A DNA stretch of 63,093 bases, filler included, from Octopus bimaculoides (GCF_001194135.2; 7 parts of 7 records of this genome joined end to end with filler, not necessarily neighbours in it), one strand, 5' to 3'. Positions 37,525 to 49,916 are shown, counted from the first letter of the whole stretch. Notes: a model not told the origin generated them from the sequence alone. Program-made: numbers and translations.

Positions 37525-38693
37525 ACTTGGGGATGGTCTCACACACATACGCACGCACACAAGCACGCACACACACACACACGTGTGCGTGAGTTTTATT
37601 CAGCCCGGCTAGCTTTGCGCAACATCAGTGATATGTACTAATCTCCGTTCTTTATGTGTAGGAAGGAATGTGACAACCGAATGCACGAGATTCACAAAAC
37701 TAGAAAGTTGAAATATATCCGACTTTCACGGAAGTCACTATTAGCATGAAGTAAATTTCGATCTGATATTTATTGTGGTTTTACGAGAACATGATTATGA
37801 ACCATCCTGTTCAGACAAAAACCACAGTTTCTTAACTTTCAGTGGTATATAGAAACTAAGACGGGTACCCGAATGGCTTACTGTATCTGCCTGTCAATCT
37901 CTCTAGGTCAGTTTCTTATTCAGAAATCCTTAACTTATAAATAAAGTTCCATACTAAACATTCATCCCTTGTAATCTGCTAGGCTCATATTTCCTACACC
38001 TACAAAACTTATTACTCTATGCGCCTGTCAATCTCTCTTGGCCAGTACGGCTTAAAACTTACTTTTCTCATTTTTTCCGCCTAGAACGTTGGAATATATT
38101 ATAAAACTATCTCCACTCACTTGTGAAGAATATAGTTAGTAGAAGTTTTAATAGTATTTATAGTAGTATTATATGTATATATACTAAGAACTAAGTATCT
38201 TTTAAATTATATCACCTTTAAATGAATAATCATGCGACATTTATGTAACATAAATCTCAAAATCTACATTTTAATACTCCATTTATAACTAGGTTTACGA
38301 TTATAGCCTCCTTTCTAGTTATTATCTGCCCTTGATTTCAACCTCTCCTATAATATTATGATTTTTAGGGTATTTTGCAGAGTATTTTATTTTATTCTTT
38401 TATGTTATGCCTAATTCCCATAATACTTAGGATCTGACAGTGGGAGCGGCCATTTGCTCTTGAACATGCAGGATTAAACCTTATCGTAAAGTAATCTACC
38501 TTTTTTACTTCTTTTATTCACTAAGCTTCTAACGTAATTAGTTGGATTTACTAATTAATCTTTATTTTAGACTATTAACTCACATTTGACGTAAAATATG
38601 TTTCACAGTTCTATATTTAAGAGATGAGGAATTATGTACATTATTTACATGGTATACAATTGACGGATATTTGTTCTCATCTTCTTTGTTGTT

Positions 38694-38739
38694 AACACAA
38701 CGTTTCAGCTGATATACTCTCCAGCCTTCATCAGATATC
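38694..38739 (-). ncRNA. Minimal type-I hammerhead ribozyme-like motif
   Basis: GAUAU-CUGAUGA-A-GGCUG(gagaguauau)CAGCU-GAAAC-GUU-GUGUU. Intact core, 5-bp stem II, palindromic loopless stem III, wobble-rich stem I. Confidence 0.6.
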
Positions 38740-38772
38740 TTGGGGTTCTCATTCCTTAGGTATTATTCGATG

Positions 38773-38831
<59 letters not shown>

Positions 38832-39516
38832 TCTGGCACTATCACGCTATTAGATGTCAGAAGTGAAAGTAGTCGCTGTCTGTCTGCCTGTCTGCCTGCA
38901 TGCCTGTTGCTGGTCTGTCAGCCTGCTTGCCTGTCTGCCTGCATGCCTGNNNNNNNNNNNNNNNNNNNNNNNNNNNNNNNNNNNNNNNNNNNNTTAATTA
39001 ATTAANNNNNNNNNNNNNNNNNNNNNNNNNNNNNNNNNNNNNNNNNNNNTATATATATAATTTTCAGTAATTTGACCTTTTGAGCAAACAACACAAAAAA
39101 CCCTTATTATAAACTGATTTCAGAATATAATCCCCCAAAACACAGATAGACGTAGAAAAATCCAGAACCATTGGTAACAAAAATAGCATTGATAACCTTG
39201 AAATACAAGTTAATCTTTCTTGTGTGTCGTCACGAAAGCCATGAATAATTCGCCGTCTCATTTTTACCATCCCTATAAATATGTGATCTTGCGCTTACTT
39301 TTAAAATACCTTTTCTCGTATCTTATAAAGTGTTGACCAACTCACTTTGGGTCCAAATCTTTTTTTCTAATATCTGCGGAAGCCTATTCTGTTTACTTTA
39401 ATAAACACTCATTTCTTCTTGCAAATACATTATGCAATATGATGCAAGTCAAACTACGACGGAAATACGCATCCCTTTATGATGAAAGCGCTCGTGACGT
39501 AACTGGAAACGCTGAA

Positions 39517-39804
39517 GTATGTTTTGATTTTATATATAAGCGATTGAAATATCGCTTTTTTAAGTTGTTTTTTAAATAAAATAAAATGTAAAGGTTTCTT
39601 CGAGCATATCAATACATTTTCATATATATATATATATATAAATATTTATATTTATATATAATCATATATATGTATATATATGTATATATATATTATATGT
39701 ACATATATACATATATTTATATGTGCACATGCATACAGTTATATATATACATACACTTAAACAGGTATTGTAATAACAATAACTTGTGTTATTTCTTCTC
39801 TTAG
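39517..39804 (+). other. Candidate 5'-UTR intron of the IFRD-like gene
   Basis: Donor GAA|GTATGT at 39517, AT-microsatellite-rich interior, acceptor ttatttcttctcttag|G at 39804; ATG lies 50 nt downstream. Confidence 0.55.
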
Positions 39805-39854
39805 GTATTTCATATACATTTTAAACAAAAAGTACTTTATTTCAACTGTGAATC

Positions 39855-41111
39855 ATGAACTACATTAAGATACCATCGAAACACAGAAGAAAAACGACAA
39901 AAAATCAATCTTCTAATATGAAAATTGCAGCCGTTGATCAATCGGAAACCAACAAGAATAAACTTTTTAAAAATTTAAACATTAGTGAGGCAATAGAATC
40001 ATTGCAACATCTAAAAAATATTCCTGTAAAATATATCAATGACAAAGATGCTACCTTTCGCATTGAACAAATTGGAGAGTTAAATATCTTTCTTTCAAGA
40101 CACTATTTTAAAGGAATTCACATGAACAGTGCTGAATTCGAAGAGATTTTGAAACAATTTTTTCTGAAAGGTGATTACGAAGAGCAGATGATATTTACCG
40201 ACCTTTTTGCCTTGATACTTATACAATTGGGTTCGAATGGTCGGAAGATTTTTGAACAAAGTTACCAACATCTCGTTTATTTACTTCATGATCCGAATGC
40301 TGTGATGACGATACGAGAAAAATGTGCGGAAACATTAGCCATTTCGGCCTTTGTGTCTTATTGTAGTTCATCTATCGTAGAAAATATAATGACAGCTTTT
40401 GAAAAAATCTTTTGCAAGCCAATTGATAGAGCTGCGTGCAGAACATACAGACTAGAAACGTCTCTTATTGTTTGTTCATTGTCAGCCTGGGCGCTGCTGC
40501 TGTCCAGCGATTTGTCATCTTCAATCACAAAAGCAGTCAACAAAGAGACTCTGGTTACCTTAGAAGAATTACTGAGCAGTAAAAATTTGCATGTTAGAAT
40601 ATGTGCAGCGGAAGTCATTGCGTTAATTTTCGAGAGCATGCAAGAAGATGAATACAACTCGGAAGAGGGAAGTGCATTGAAATACTGCCATATTTTAAAG
40701 ACATTATTGATGGAGAGCAGTAAGCATTATACGAAGACGGATAGAAGTAATTATAAAACCGTTTTCAAAGACGTAATACATTTTCTTGAAGACGGTAGTT
40801 CTCGTTCGAAGAAGATATCGGTAGGAAACGAAACTATTGATCTATCTAGCTGGAAATATAAAAAGCGATACGAGTATTTTTGTCGTTTCCTGGGCTCGGG
40901 AATAAATAACCACATGCAGACAAACAATACATTGAGGAATGCTTTTGATTTGCAAAATTGCCCAGTCAGGCAAGAGAAACTAAATTTCAAAGAGAGACAA
41001 ATTATAAATAATAAAAAGAAGCGGAACTTAAAAGCTGTTTCCAAAATACAAAAGAATACCACAGTCGCAAACCGAGATAGTAAAATGCAGAACCTCGATA
41101 ATGAAATGTAA
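39855..41111 (+). CDS. IFRD1: Interferon-related developmental regulator (IFRD)-family protein, single coding exon, divergent
   Basis: Uninterrupted 418-aa ORF with colinear IFRD motifs: LKGDYEEQ..ALILIQLG, SLSAWALLLS, LLSSKNLHVRICAAEVIALIFE, VFKDVIHFLE, and SWKYKKRYEYFCRFLGSGINNHMQTNNTLRNAFDL (human CWVKKHTYDTFKEVLGSGMQYHLQSNEFLRNVFEL). Family call is firm; orthology to IFRD1 versus a paralogue is not established. Confidence 0.9.
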   Translation: MNYIKIPSKHRRKTTKNQSSNMKIAAVDQSETNKNKLFKNLNISEAIESLQHLKNIPVKYINDKDATFRIEQIGELNIFLSRHYFKGIHMNSAEFEEILKQFFLKGDYEEQMIFTDLFALILIQLGSNGRKIFEQSYQHLVYLLHDPNAVMTIREKCAETLAISAFVSYCSSSIVENIMTAFEKIFCKPIDRAACRTYRLETSLIVCSLSAWALLLSSDLSSSITKAVNKETLVTLEELLSSKNLHVRICAAEVIALIFESMQEDEYNSEEGSALKYCHILKTLLMESSKHYTKTDRSNYKTVFKDVIHFLEDGSSRSKKISVGNETIDLSSWKYKKRYEYFCRFLGSGINNHMQTNNTLRNAFDLQNCPVRQEKLNFKERQIINNKKKRNLKAVSKIQKNTTVANRDSKMQNLDNEM

Positions 41112-41216
41112 AATATCTATTTCCGCTTGTATCTATCTTATCATCTGTAATTAAATGGATCTTTGGCATTATCGTTAAGTCTTTTATACACACACATACA
41201 CATACACACATATTAG

Positions 41217-41279
41217 TATTTTGCAGAGAAAAGTGTAGGTGGCTAGCTGTGGACCACCTACACTTTTCTCTGCAAAATA
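41217..41279. repeat. Perfect inverted repeat, 26-bp arms with 11-nt loop
   Basis: TATTTTGCAGAGAAAAGTGTAGGTGG (41217-41242) is the exact reverse complement of CCACCTACACTTTTCTCTGCAAAATA (41254-41279). Confidence 0.95.
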
Positions 41280-41867
41280 GGGATAGTTTATCCTGTTCAG
41301 GCTATATTATTAGCATTATTCTGCGATTGAGAATTTAAGATCACTTCTTTAATTTTCTAAAAAGACATCTCAACGCTTCTAAAAGCAAACTTTGTTTATT
41401 TACGTTTGTCGTAATTTGAATTTAACACATCTTTGGATATATTCATTCACTCTATTTACCAGTAAGATATTGATCGTTCTTTCTAAAACTGTCCACCTGT
41501 TAACATATGTATGAGTGTGTGTATGTGTGCGTGTTTCTGTATGCACGCGCGCTTCGTGCGTAAAAGATATTTAATTACATACATATATATCAGGGTGTGC
41601 AGGAAACTTGGAAATGTCTGCAGGTTTTAAGGGCGTCACAAAAGACCTGAATGGAGAGCCCAACCTTCAGAGTCCCATTACACGACTAAAAACCACTGAA
41701 GGACTGCTACAATAAGTGTGAGAGGGGAACATGCTGAATGGAATCATAATTGATCCTCCTGTATTTTCTTTTACTCAAATTCAGGAAGTTTTCCGCAACA
41801 ACTTGTGTGTATGTATAAATATGTGTGTATGTTTGTTTGTACGTATGTATGTATGTATGTATGTATA

Positions 41868-41948
41868 TCTATACTATATATAAAACAGAGATGTGTGTGT
41901 AATCGCTTTTCACGTGAAATCGACTTCACCAAATGCTTCCATACTTGT
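41868..41948 (+). mobile_element. Helitron-like 5' terminus, second copy
   Basis: About 80-bp match to 4917-4995. Confidence 0.55.
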
Positions 41949-43677
41949 AATGCATGAATAATTTGACCTCGGATAAATCTTAGGCTCTTCATTTGATTTT
42001 TTTAATTAAAAATAAATAATATTGCTTTATATTTAAGATTCACTTCTTTAAAAAGGTTCCTCAATGTCAACCTCCGGTATTGACGTAACAACCGCAAAAA
42101 GCTTCACTTTCTATTTTGTGTGTTCGTGTGTGTGTTCGTGTGTATGAGAGAGAGAGAGAGAGTAAATACTACATACACACCGCTCTCTCACTCTGTCTCA
42201 CACACATACACACGCACACACACACCTTGACTCACTCACACTCTGTCTCTTACAAACACACAGATACATAAATGTATACAANNNNNNNNNNNNNNNNNNN
42301 NNNNNNNNNNNNNNNNNNNNNNNNNTTAATTAATTAANNNNNNNNNNNNNNNNNNNNNNNNNNNNNNNNNNNNNNNNNNNNAGCTGGATGCCCTTCCTAA
42401 CGCCAACCACTCAGAGAGTGTAGTGGGTGCTTTTACGTGTCACCCGCACGAAGGCCAGTCAGGCAGTACTGGCAACGGCCACGCTCAAAATGGTGCATGT
42501 TATGTGCCACCTGCACAAGAGCCAGTCCAGGGGCACTGGCAACGATCTCGCTCGAAAATCCCATGAAGGCCAGCCAGGTGGCACTGGCAATGGTCACGCT
42601 CAAAATGGTGCATTTCATGTGTCACCCACACAAGAGCCAGTCCAGGGGCCCTGGCAACGATCTTGCTCGAAAAATTTCATATATATATATATATATATAT
42701 GTTTACTTTGCATAAAATTTTTTTAATGTATTATAAGAAAGAAGGAATATACAATATAAAACTGCAATTCAATAGCTTAGATGCTTTTTTTTTAGTAAAT
42801 TTACACATTAAAAAAATAGAATGAAACAAACAAACAAAAATAATAATCTTTGTCCAAATATGAGAATTTATAAATATTTGTACAACAAACAAAAATACCT
42901 TTTCATTTCTTTTTATTTTCTTTTAATATTGTTATTGCTAAATTTTATTTAATTTTAAACTTTGCATAATTAGAGATCTGTATTATTATCATTATTATTA
43001 TTATTGAGTGGGAGAGAAGAACATGCCATCAAAGTGCCACTGGGGTATAAACATACAAAGCCCAATATACTCAACATGACTACCTGTCTGAAGGCACGTG
43101 TATCATAACTATATGTGTGCAACATGGAAATCTTATATCAAGATAAACAGTGCATGACCTTGAAGGTGGGACACAGAATTTTCTTCAGGTCGAGTAGCCC
43201 ATCCAACTCAAAAGTCACTAAATAAGTGTTTTCCGCTCAAATGTTGTTTTCCATGTACCACCAGCCCAAGTGCCAGTAAGGCGACGCTGGTAGCGATCAT
43301 ACTCGAATGGTATTTTTTACATGCCACAGGCACAGGGGGCCACGCAGCGGCCCTGACCTCAATCACACACGGATGGTGCTCTTAGCACTCCTCTAGCACG
43401 GATGCCAGTCATGCTGTGCTTTCATCGAATTCGATTCCAATTTCACTTGCCTCAACAGGTCTTCACAAGCATAGTATATATAAAAATATATATACATACA
43501 AACATATATATATAAACCTATATATATATTTATACATACATATAAATATATATATATATATACACATATATATAAACATATATACACACATATATATAAA
43601 CATATACATATATATATATAAAAACATATCTATGTACATAAAAACATATACATATATATATAAATATATAAATATAT

Positions 43678-43716
<39 letters not shown>

Positions 43717-44129
43717 NNNNNNNNNNNNNNNNNNNNNNNNNNNNNNNNNNNNNNNNNNNNNNNNNNNNNNNNNNNNNNNNNNNNNNNNNNNNNNNNNNNN
43801 NNNNNNNNNNNNNNNNNNNNNNNNNNNNNNNNNNNNNNNNNNNNNNNNNNNNNNNNNNNNNNNNNNNNNNNNNNNNNNNNNNNNNNNNNNNNNNNNNNNN
43901 NNNNNNNNNNNNNNNNNNNNNNNNNNNNNNNNNNNNNNNNNNNNNNNNNNNNNNNNNNNNNNNNNNNNNNNNNNNNNNNNNNNNNNNNNNNNNNNNNNNN
44001 NNNNNNNNNNNNNNNNNNNNNCATGTATATATATACATGTATATGTATACATTTGTGCAGATCTATATATATGCATGTATGTATGTATGCCTGTATATAT
44101 GTGAGAGTATAGTTTCACTGTAGTAGATT

Positions 44130-44461
44130 CAGTATGAAAATGAAACTATTAAAGTGAAAGTATCTGTCATTACAGTATCGAAATGTGATTGTTTCAGTTA
44201 GTGGAATAGTTTCATTTTTAAAGTGAAAGTATTTGACATGAGTGTTTTTGTTTCACTTTTGACATGTAATACTTAAATAGTGGAGGAGATATGATGTTGC
44301 TGTGGGCTCGAACTATGCAAGAAGTTAAAAATTTTTTTTGACTAAAACACAATCGGGACTCTAAGTAAGGCATGTGTAAAATTTGAATGAAATTGGTTGT
44401 GTAGTTCTCGAGTTTTAGGGAAGCACACACACACAAACATTTTCATGTTTATATATATAGA
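44130..44461 (-). mobile_element. Non-autonomous Helitron-like element (different family)
   Basis: Minus strand starts TCTATATATATAAACATGAAAATGTTTGTGTG..AACTACACAACCAATTTCATTCAAATTTT, a typical 5' architecture. No clean CTAG 3' end seen. Confidence 0.45.
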
Positions 44462-44639
44462 TATATATATGCACACTCACACATGTACTATAGTCTTCAA
44501 TAAATATTCTCTAGGGATTTTGAGACTATGATTGCTCCAGAGAGCAGTGAACATGTTCTTTGAAACCAACACAAAGTGTGTATGTGTGTGTATCTTTTCC
44601 ATATCAAACTGAGTGTCAGCATAATAAATTCACTGTTGG

Positions 44640-45895
44640 ATGATTTGACCAGCTTTGGCAATCTGAGGGGCTGCACCAGACTGACTTAGTAGTGTTGTTT
44701 TTACAGCTGGATGCCCTTCCTAATGCCAACCACTCCAAGAGTGTAACAGGTGCTATTACATGTCACCAGCATAGGTGCCAGTTGTATGACACCAGTAGCT
44801 GCCATACTATGATTTCACTTGGCTTGATGTGTCTTCTACTCAGGCACAGCATATTGCCAAAGGTCTCAGTTATTTGTTATTTGTGAGGCCTGACATTCAA
44901 AATGTGCTTTTCATGTGCCACCAGCACAGGTGCTAGTTACACGATACCGGCATCATTGCCTCCATGATGTCCAACACTTGAAAGGTGCTTTTTATGTGCC
45001 ACTGGCATGGGTGCTAGTTTCATGATACTGGCATTGGCCACATTGCCTCCATGAGGCCCGAGCTCAAAAGGTGCTTTCTATGTGCCAGTCACATGACACT
45101 GGTATTGATCATGACTACAAATTCACTTGGCATGACAGGTCTTCAGCACAGCATATTGCCAAATGTCTTGGTCACTAATCATTGCCTCCATGAGGCCCAA
45201 TGTTCAAAGATCATACTTCTGCATCTTGTTCCATGCCTTCCTGGGTCTACCTCTTCTACAAGTTCCCTCCACAGTTAGAGATCAGTGCTTCTTTACACAG
45301 ATGTCCTCGTCCATATGCATCACATGACCATACCAGTGCAGTCGTCTCTCTTGCATGCAACATCTGATGCCTCTTATGTCCAACTTTTCTTTCAAGATGC
45401 TTATACTCTGTTGTACATACACACCAACATTGCACATCCAGTGAAGCATGCTAGTTTTGTTTCTTTCAAGCTTATGCATTTCCTGTGGTTAGAGCCCGTG
45501 TTTCACTGCTATGTAGCATGGCTGTTTGCACACAGACATCCTACAAAACAAAGGGAGAGACCCTTTGTTGCCAAAAGAGGTAGGAGCTCTCTGAACTTAG
45601 CCCAGCCTATTCTAATTCTTGGAGCCTCCACCTCTGCTACTGACTTGGTCACCTAGATAACGAAAGCTATTAACTACCTCTAGTTTAGCCAACTGGCATT
45701 TGATGGAGTCTATTTTCTGTACATTTTTATTGTACCTGTGCAACTTCCACACACAAAAACTATTTTCCCAGTTAACATTCCTCTGATATTGCTGCACCTT
45801 TTATGTGTCCATAGCTTGAACAGGGTACACCTGATAGAATTTTTATCTATGCCTTTCCTATAGATCAAGCAGGGCCATCTACTTGAAGGCATTTG
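44640..45895 (-). mobile_element. RTE-clade LINE, 3' portion of RT and repeat-rich 3' UTR
   Basis: LEVVNSFRYLGDQVS; LERNKTSMLHWMC..LKEKLDIRGIRCCMQERRLHWYGHVMHMDED; preceded by a Cys-rich insert (CLIYRKGIDKNSIRCTLFKLWTHKRC). Confidence 0.85.
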
Positions 45896-45919
45896 TGATT
45901 TGTCTCTTACAAATTACAT

Positions 45920-46560
45920 CTTCAATATGATTTCCACCATTTGCGATGCAAAGGTTGATGCACTTTGCAAGATTTATGTGAACCTGATGCAGTAATTCCA
46001 CACTGCTCATTCAGTCTTTATGCATTCCATCAAGTGTATTGTGCCTGTGATTTTCATTGAGTATGCTTTCTTCCCAGAAAAAATATCAATAGGTCTAAGG
46101 TCTGGTGATTGAGGAGACCACTCCACATGACCACATCTTCCAATCCAGTTAAGGAAATTTTCATTCAGCCAATCCCTTACCACTGTAGCGAAATGGGCAG
46201 AAGCACCATCCTGTTGGAACCACTCAGTAAGTACTTTACCTAGCCTTTCAAGTTGGAGCATTAACTAGTCTCTCAACATGGCAAGGTAAGTCTCACCAGT
46301 TACATGTTCATCAAAGAAAAATGGCCCCAACACATGAGTTTCCACAAACCACACCACACCATAATTTTTTGTGCTCCTTGCTATTTGAAATGGTCTTCTC
46401 AATGCAGATTACTTTGTGACCAGTACTGAACATTCTACCTGTTAACCTCACCATTCACATAAAACAAAGCTTCATCACTGAACAACAGTCATGAGCAAAA
46501 ACACTCTATTGTACCAATCTCATATTTAGAGGTCCTCAACTGTTCAACTGCCTATTTAAA
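45920..46560 (-). mobile_element. Tc1/mariner transposase relic, DD41D-like
   Basis: LFSDEA..NGEVN; WFQQDGASAH..WIGR..WSPQSPDLRPID. 40 residues lie between the second and third catalytic D in this decayed copy. Confidence 0.85.
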
Positions 46561-46899
46561 GTAATCAGAAATATAAAAGAACCTCTACTGAAACATTAGA
46601 TAAAAGAAAAACATTGGATAAACTCCTGACGACAATACTGGACTAGTCAACTGTTCAAGGAGGCACTCAGGGGAGATCAGCTGCTACAAACTCAATTATA
46701 GGCTAACATCCTGCCAAAGAGCAACAACAAAACTGATAGGAAATAAAGATGGTGCTCCAGTATGGCTGCAGTCCTATGACAGAAACTATTAAAGGAATAT
46801 ATATATATGCGAACTTTAGGTTAGTTAAAATGTTTGTGACATATTTCCGCTTCTAAAGGCAAATTCACTATCCATCCATCTTTTTCTTTGTGTGTGCAA

Positions 46900-47594
46900 G
46901 TATACTGGCATTGACATAGTAACATTTGAAATATTGTCCAGGTAAATCTAGCTGAAGAAGACTAATCAAATTTATGATAACAAATGTATTTGAAGAGTCC
47001 AAAATCTAGGTACTAGATTATCCAATTCTGGGTTGTCTATTTATCTAATGTTCTAGACGAAATTTCTTATGTTCGCTGCCCTCACACGTCTTTGCCAGTA
47101 TATATGCAGTGAAGCTTTACTATAGTGTTGTAAATTTATTGACTGCTGTTTCCAGTAAACATTGGTGCCTTGTTGTACCACTACTCTATATCTATACTGC
47201 TACCTTTAAGGTGCTTTATTTGACTGAAAAGTAATACATTTGTACTGCAATATTTAATTTTTCATTGAAATTTTTTTCACTGTTCTCGGTCTGTAAACAG
47301 CTAGGCATTCAGGCGAGTATATTGGCATTGATGTAGCAACATCTGAAATATTGTCCAGGTAAATCTAGCTGAAGAAGACTAATCAAATTTACGATAATAA
47401 ATGTATTTGAAGAGTCCGAAAGCTAGGAACTAGACTATTCGATTCTAATTTTCTTCCTAGTGGTAAGATGAAATCTTTTATGTTTGCTGCCCTCACATGT
47501 CTTTGCCAGTATATACACAGTGAAGCTTTACTATAGTGTCATAAATTTATAGACTGCTATTTCCAGTAAACATTGGTGCCATGTTGTACCACTG

Positions 47595-47597
<3 letters not shown>
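46900..47597. repeat. Local direct duplication of about 285 bp (46900-47187 and 47317-47597)
   Basis: Long shared blocks such as GAAATATTGTCCAGGTAAATCTAGCTGAAGAAGACTAATCAAATTTA and CAGTGAAGCTTTACTATAGTGT; period 417 bp. Confidence 0.9.
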
Positions 47598-47657
<60 letters not shown>

Positions 47658-47699
47658 TAAAGAAGAACATGGAGAGTTTTAACAGATAACATCAATTTA

Positions 47700-49520
47700 T
47701 TAACATATTGTCAATTTACCTACAAGTGTTTCCATGTCCTACTCATTCAAATTTAATATTTACAAATTAAAATTGTGAGTTTAATATTTTATCAGGGCAA
47801 AACATTGACCCAAAAGGAATTACATCTTGATTGAGTCTTCTCAACATACTAAACATATTGGCATTCATATATTTATGTGTGTGTTAGTATTTTTTAAAAA
47901 ACAAAAGAAACCATTATAAGTGTGTATGGTTCTTGTTCTTATTTTTTGTGTACATGTGTGTGTTAACATGCTTGAAAACAAACTGTTAAATTTGCATATA
48001 TATTATTTTCTATTATGGTTAATGGTAAGTTAATCTATTACTTTCTTTTAATACATATTGTTAATTGTGAGAACATGAAAAGATAGTATAACTTATATTA
48101 ATTAAATTATTTTCGAAGTTAATTAGTCATAATTATTAGTGCTAAGGGTCAATTTATATTCATTTAATTTCTATTAAACTGGGGTATAGTTTAGAGTGTA
48201 TCATGTGATTGGGTTAGGTTTTATTACAGTTTACTTTGAATATGGCATTCATGTTCCATGTCATCAAAATTTGTGTTGCAATTATTTAGACCTATATTAT
48301 TATATTACCCAATTATATTTATAAATTAGTTTATATTTATTCTATTATGGGTTATATTTTATTTTATTTTAATTGTATTTTTTAAACACATATTTAGATG
48401 AATGCATGCAGGATAATTCTCTTTCTCATTTACTATTAAGAAGTTTGAGCTTAGAGGTTAAGATTTGGAAAATTTCATCAATGCATATATTACAGCACTT
48501 ATCCCCTATTTTATAGGATTTTGCATGGCTAATTATTTCCACTTTAGGTTATGTTCTTTATTTCTGTCTTTTAACTCCCATATTAATTTGCTTAGACTGG
48601 TGTTAATTAATTTGTTTCTCTTTCTAAATGTGTTTTCATGGTTGGAAATTCTTTTCTTTATATAATATTCTATGGAACCTATGTAATAATAATTTATTTC
48701 CTCCGATTCTACCTTACACCTATATATTACTATTTTTGCTTGCAAAACTTTTTAAGCAGGCAGTTATTTTTAAATTTGCAATCACAACTTTTATTTACAT
48801 TTGTCATTATAAAATTGTTGCCAATATTATTCATGTCTATAGTATTAGTTCCATTTTACTTATTTTTAATTTTATAGTTAAAATGGGAGATTTTGTGGGT
48901 TATTTCTCTTTCTCTACCTGAAGATTTCATCATATTTATTCCATAGTTGGATTCATCATGGTTGCTTTGCACGATATCTGTATTGTTCCTGTCCTTATTA
49001 TTATAGAAACTACTCAATTTTTTAATTATTAATTGAAGAAATAATTTGAGAAATGTTCTGTGAGATGGAGAATCCAATTTTAATTTTACTAGTGCTATTT
49101 ATCTTGTTATATTTATCATCTTTAGTGAAGTGCTTAGAAATAGACCTGTACAAAGATTTGACTAAGTTACTTTTAATCTGTTTTGCAAATGGAATTATTA
49201 ACCATATAATATTGTTTTTATTAGAATTTTTATTATAATTATCTATTTGAGAGTTAATTACATTTATGTATGGGGTATATCGTATAATTTTATTTTTATG
49301 AATTTCATTACCAAGGTCTTGGATATCAACTATTTTATTTATTTCAAACTTATCAAATTTTTAATGTAAGTATTGAGTTATTATGATTATTATTGTTGTT
49401 AAAATTTACAGTTTTAGGTTTTTTGATTTTATGATTAGTCTTAAAATTTGTTCCTTATTACTACTGTTCTTACAGTATAAGCTTTGTTCACAAATTTTAG
49501 CATGTAAAATTCTGTTGTTA
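47700..49520 (-). mobile_element. Penelope-like element remnant (thumb, GIY-YIG endonuclease, 3' pLTR-like end)
   Basis: NIIWLIIPFAKQIKSNLVKSLYRSISKHF; VIYRCKV..YYIGS..KKRISNHENTF..TSLSKLIWELK..LKWK; CNICIDE..LLNSK..SCMH. Hammerhead-like remnant at 47718-47798. Confidence 0.85.
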
Positions 49521-49916
49521 TGCTTTAAATTAATAACCTGCTGAGTTTTAATTTTAGACATTTTATTTCTATATTTATTTCTATTTCAGTTTTATTGTTA
49601 TAGGTTTTATTTAGTGTATATTTACTATTACCAGAATGTTCATTCCCCCTAGAGCAGGGGTGGGTCACCTCTGGCATGCATGCCAAACATGGCACACCAA
49701 TAACTTGTTTCTGGCACATGAAACCCTCTCTCTAGTAACCCTTCATTTAATGACTTTCTCTCAATAGTATACAATGACTTTTTATTGCTCGGATACATTT
49801 TACCTTACAAATTGGGCCTACCTTTATTTAATAATCTCCTCCCAGACCCACTCAGTGTTTTGGTTTCAGCCTCTGCAACTGGCATTCATTGACAAGACAA
49901 TTGCCTCACCTACTAA

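Noticed and set aside
38290-38560. AT-rich stretch faintly resembling mitochondrial ND1/CYTB (PMMLWFLGYFAEY)
   Set aside because: Similarity does not extend and stops occur in all frames under the invertebrate mitochondrial code. A BLASTN against the mitogenome would settle it.
49655-49915. hAT-like terminus CAGGGGTGGGTCACC (similar single ends near 18202 and 24268)
   Set aside because: Only one convincing end each and no TSD found, so element boundaries cannot be supported.
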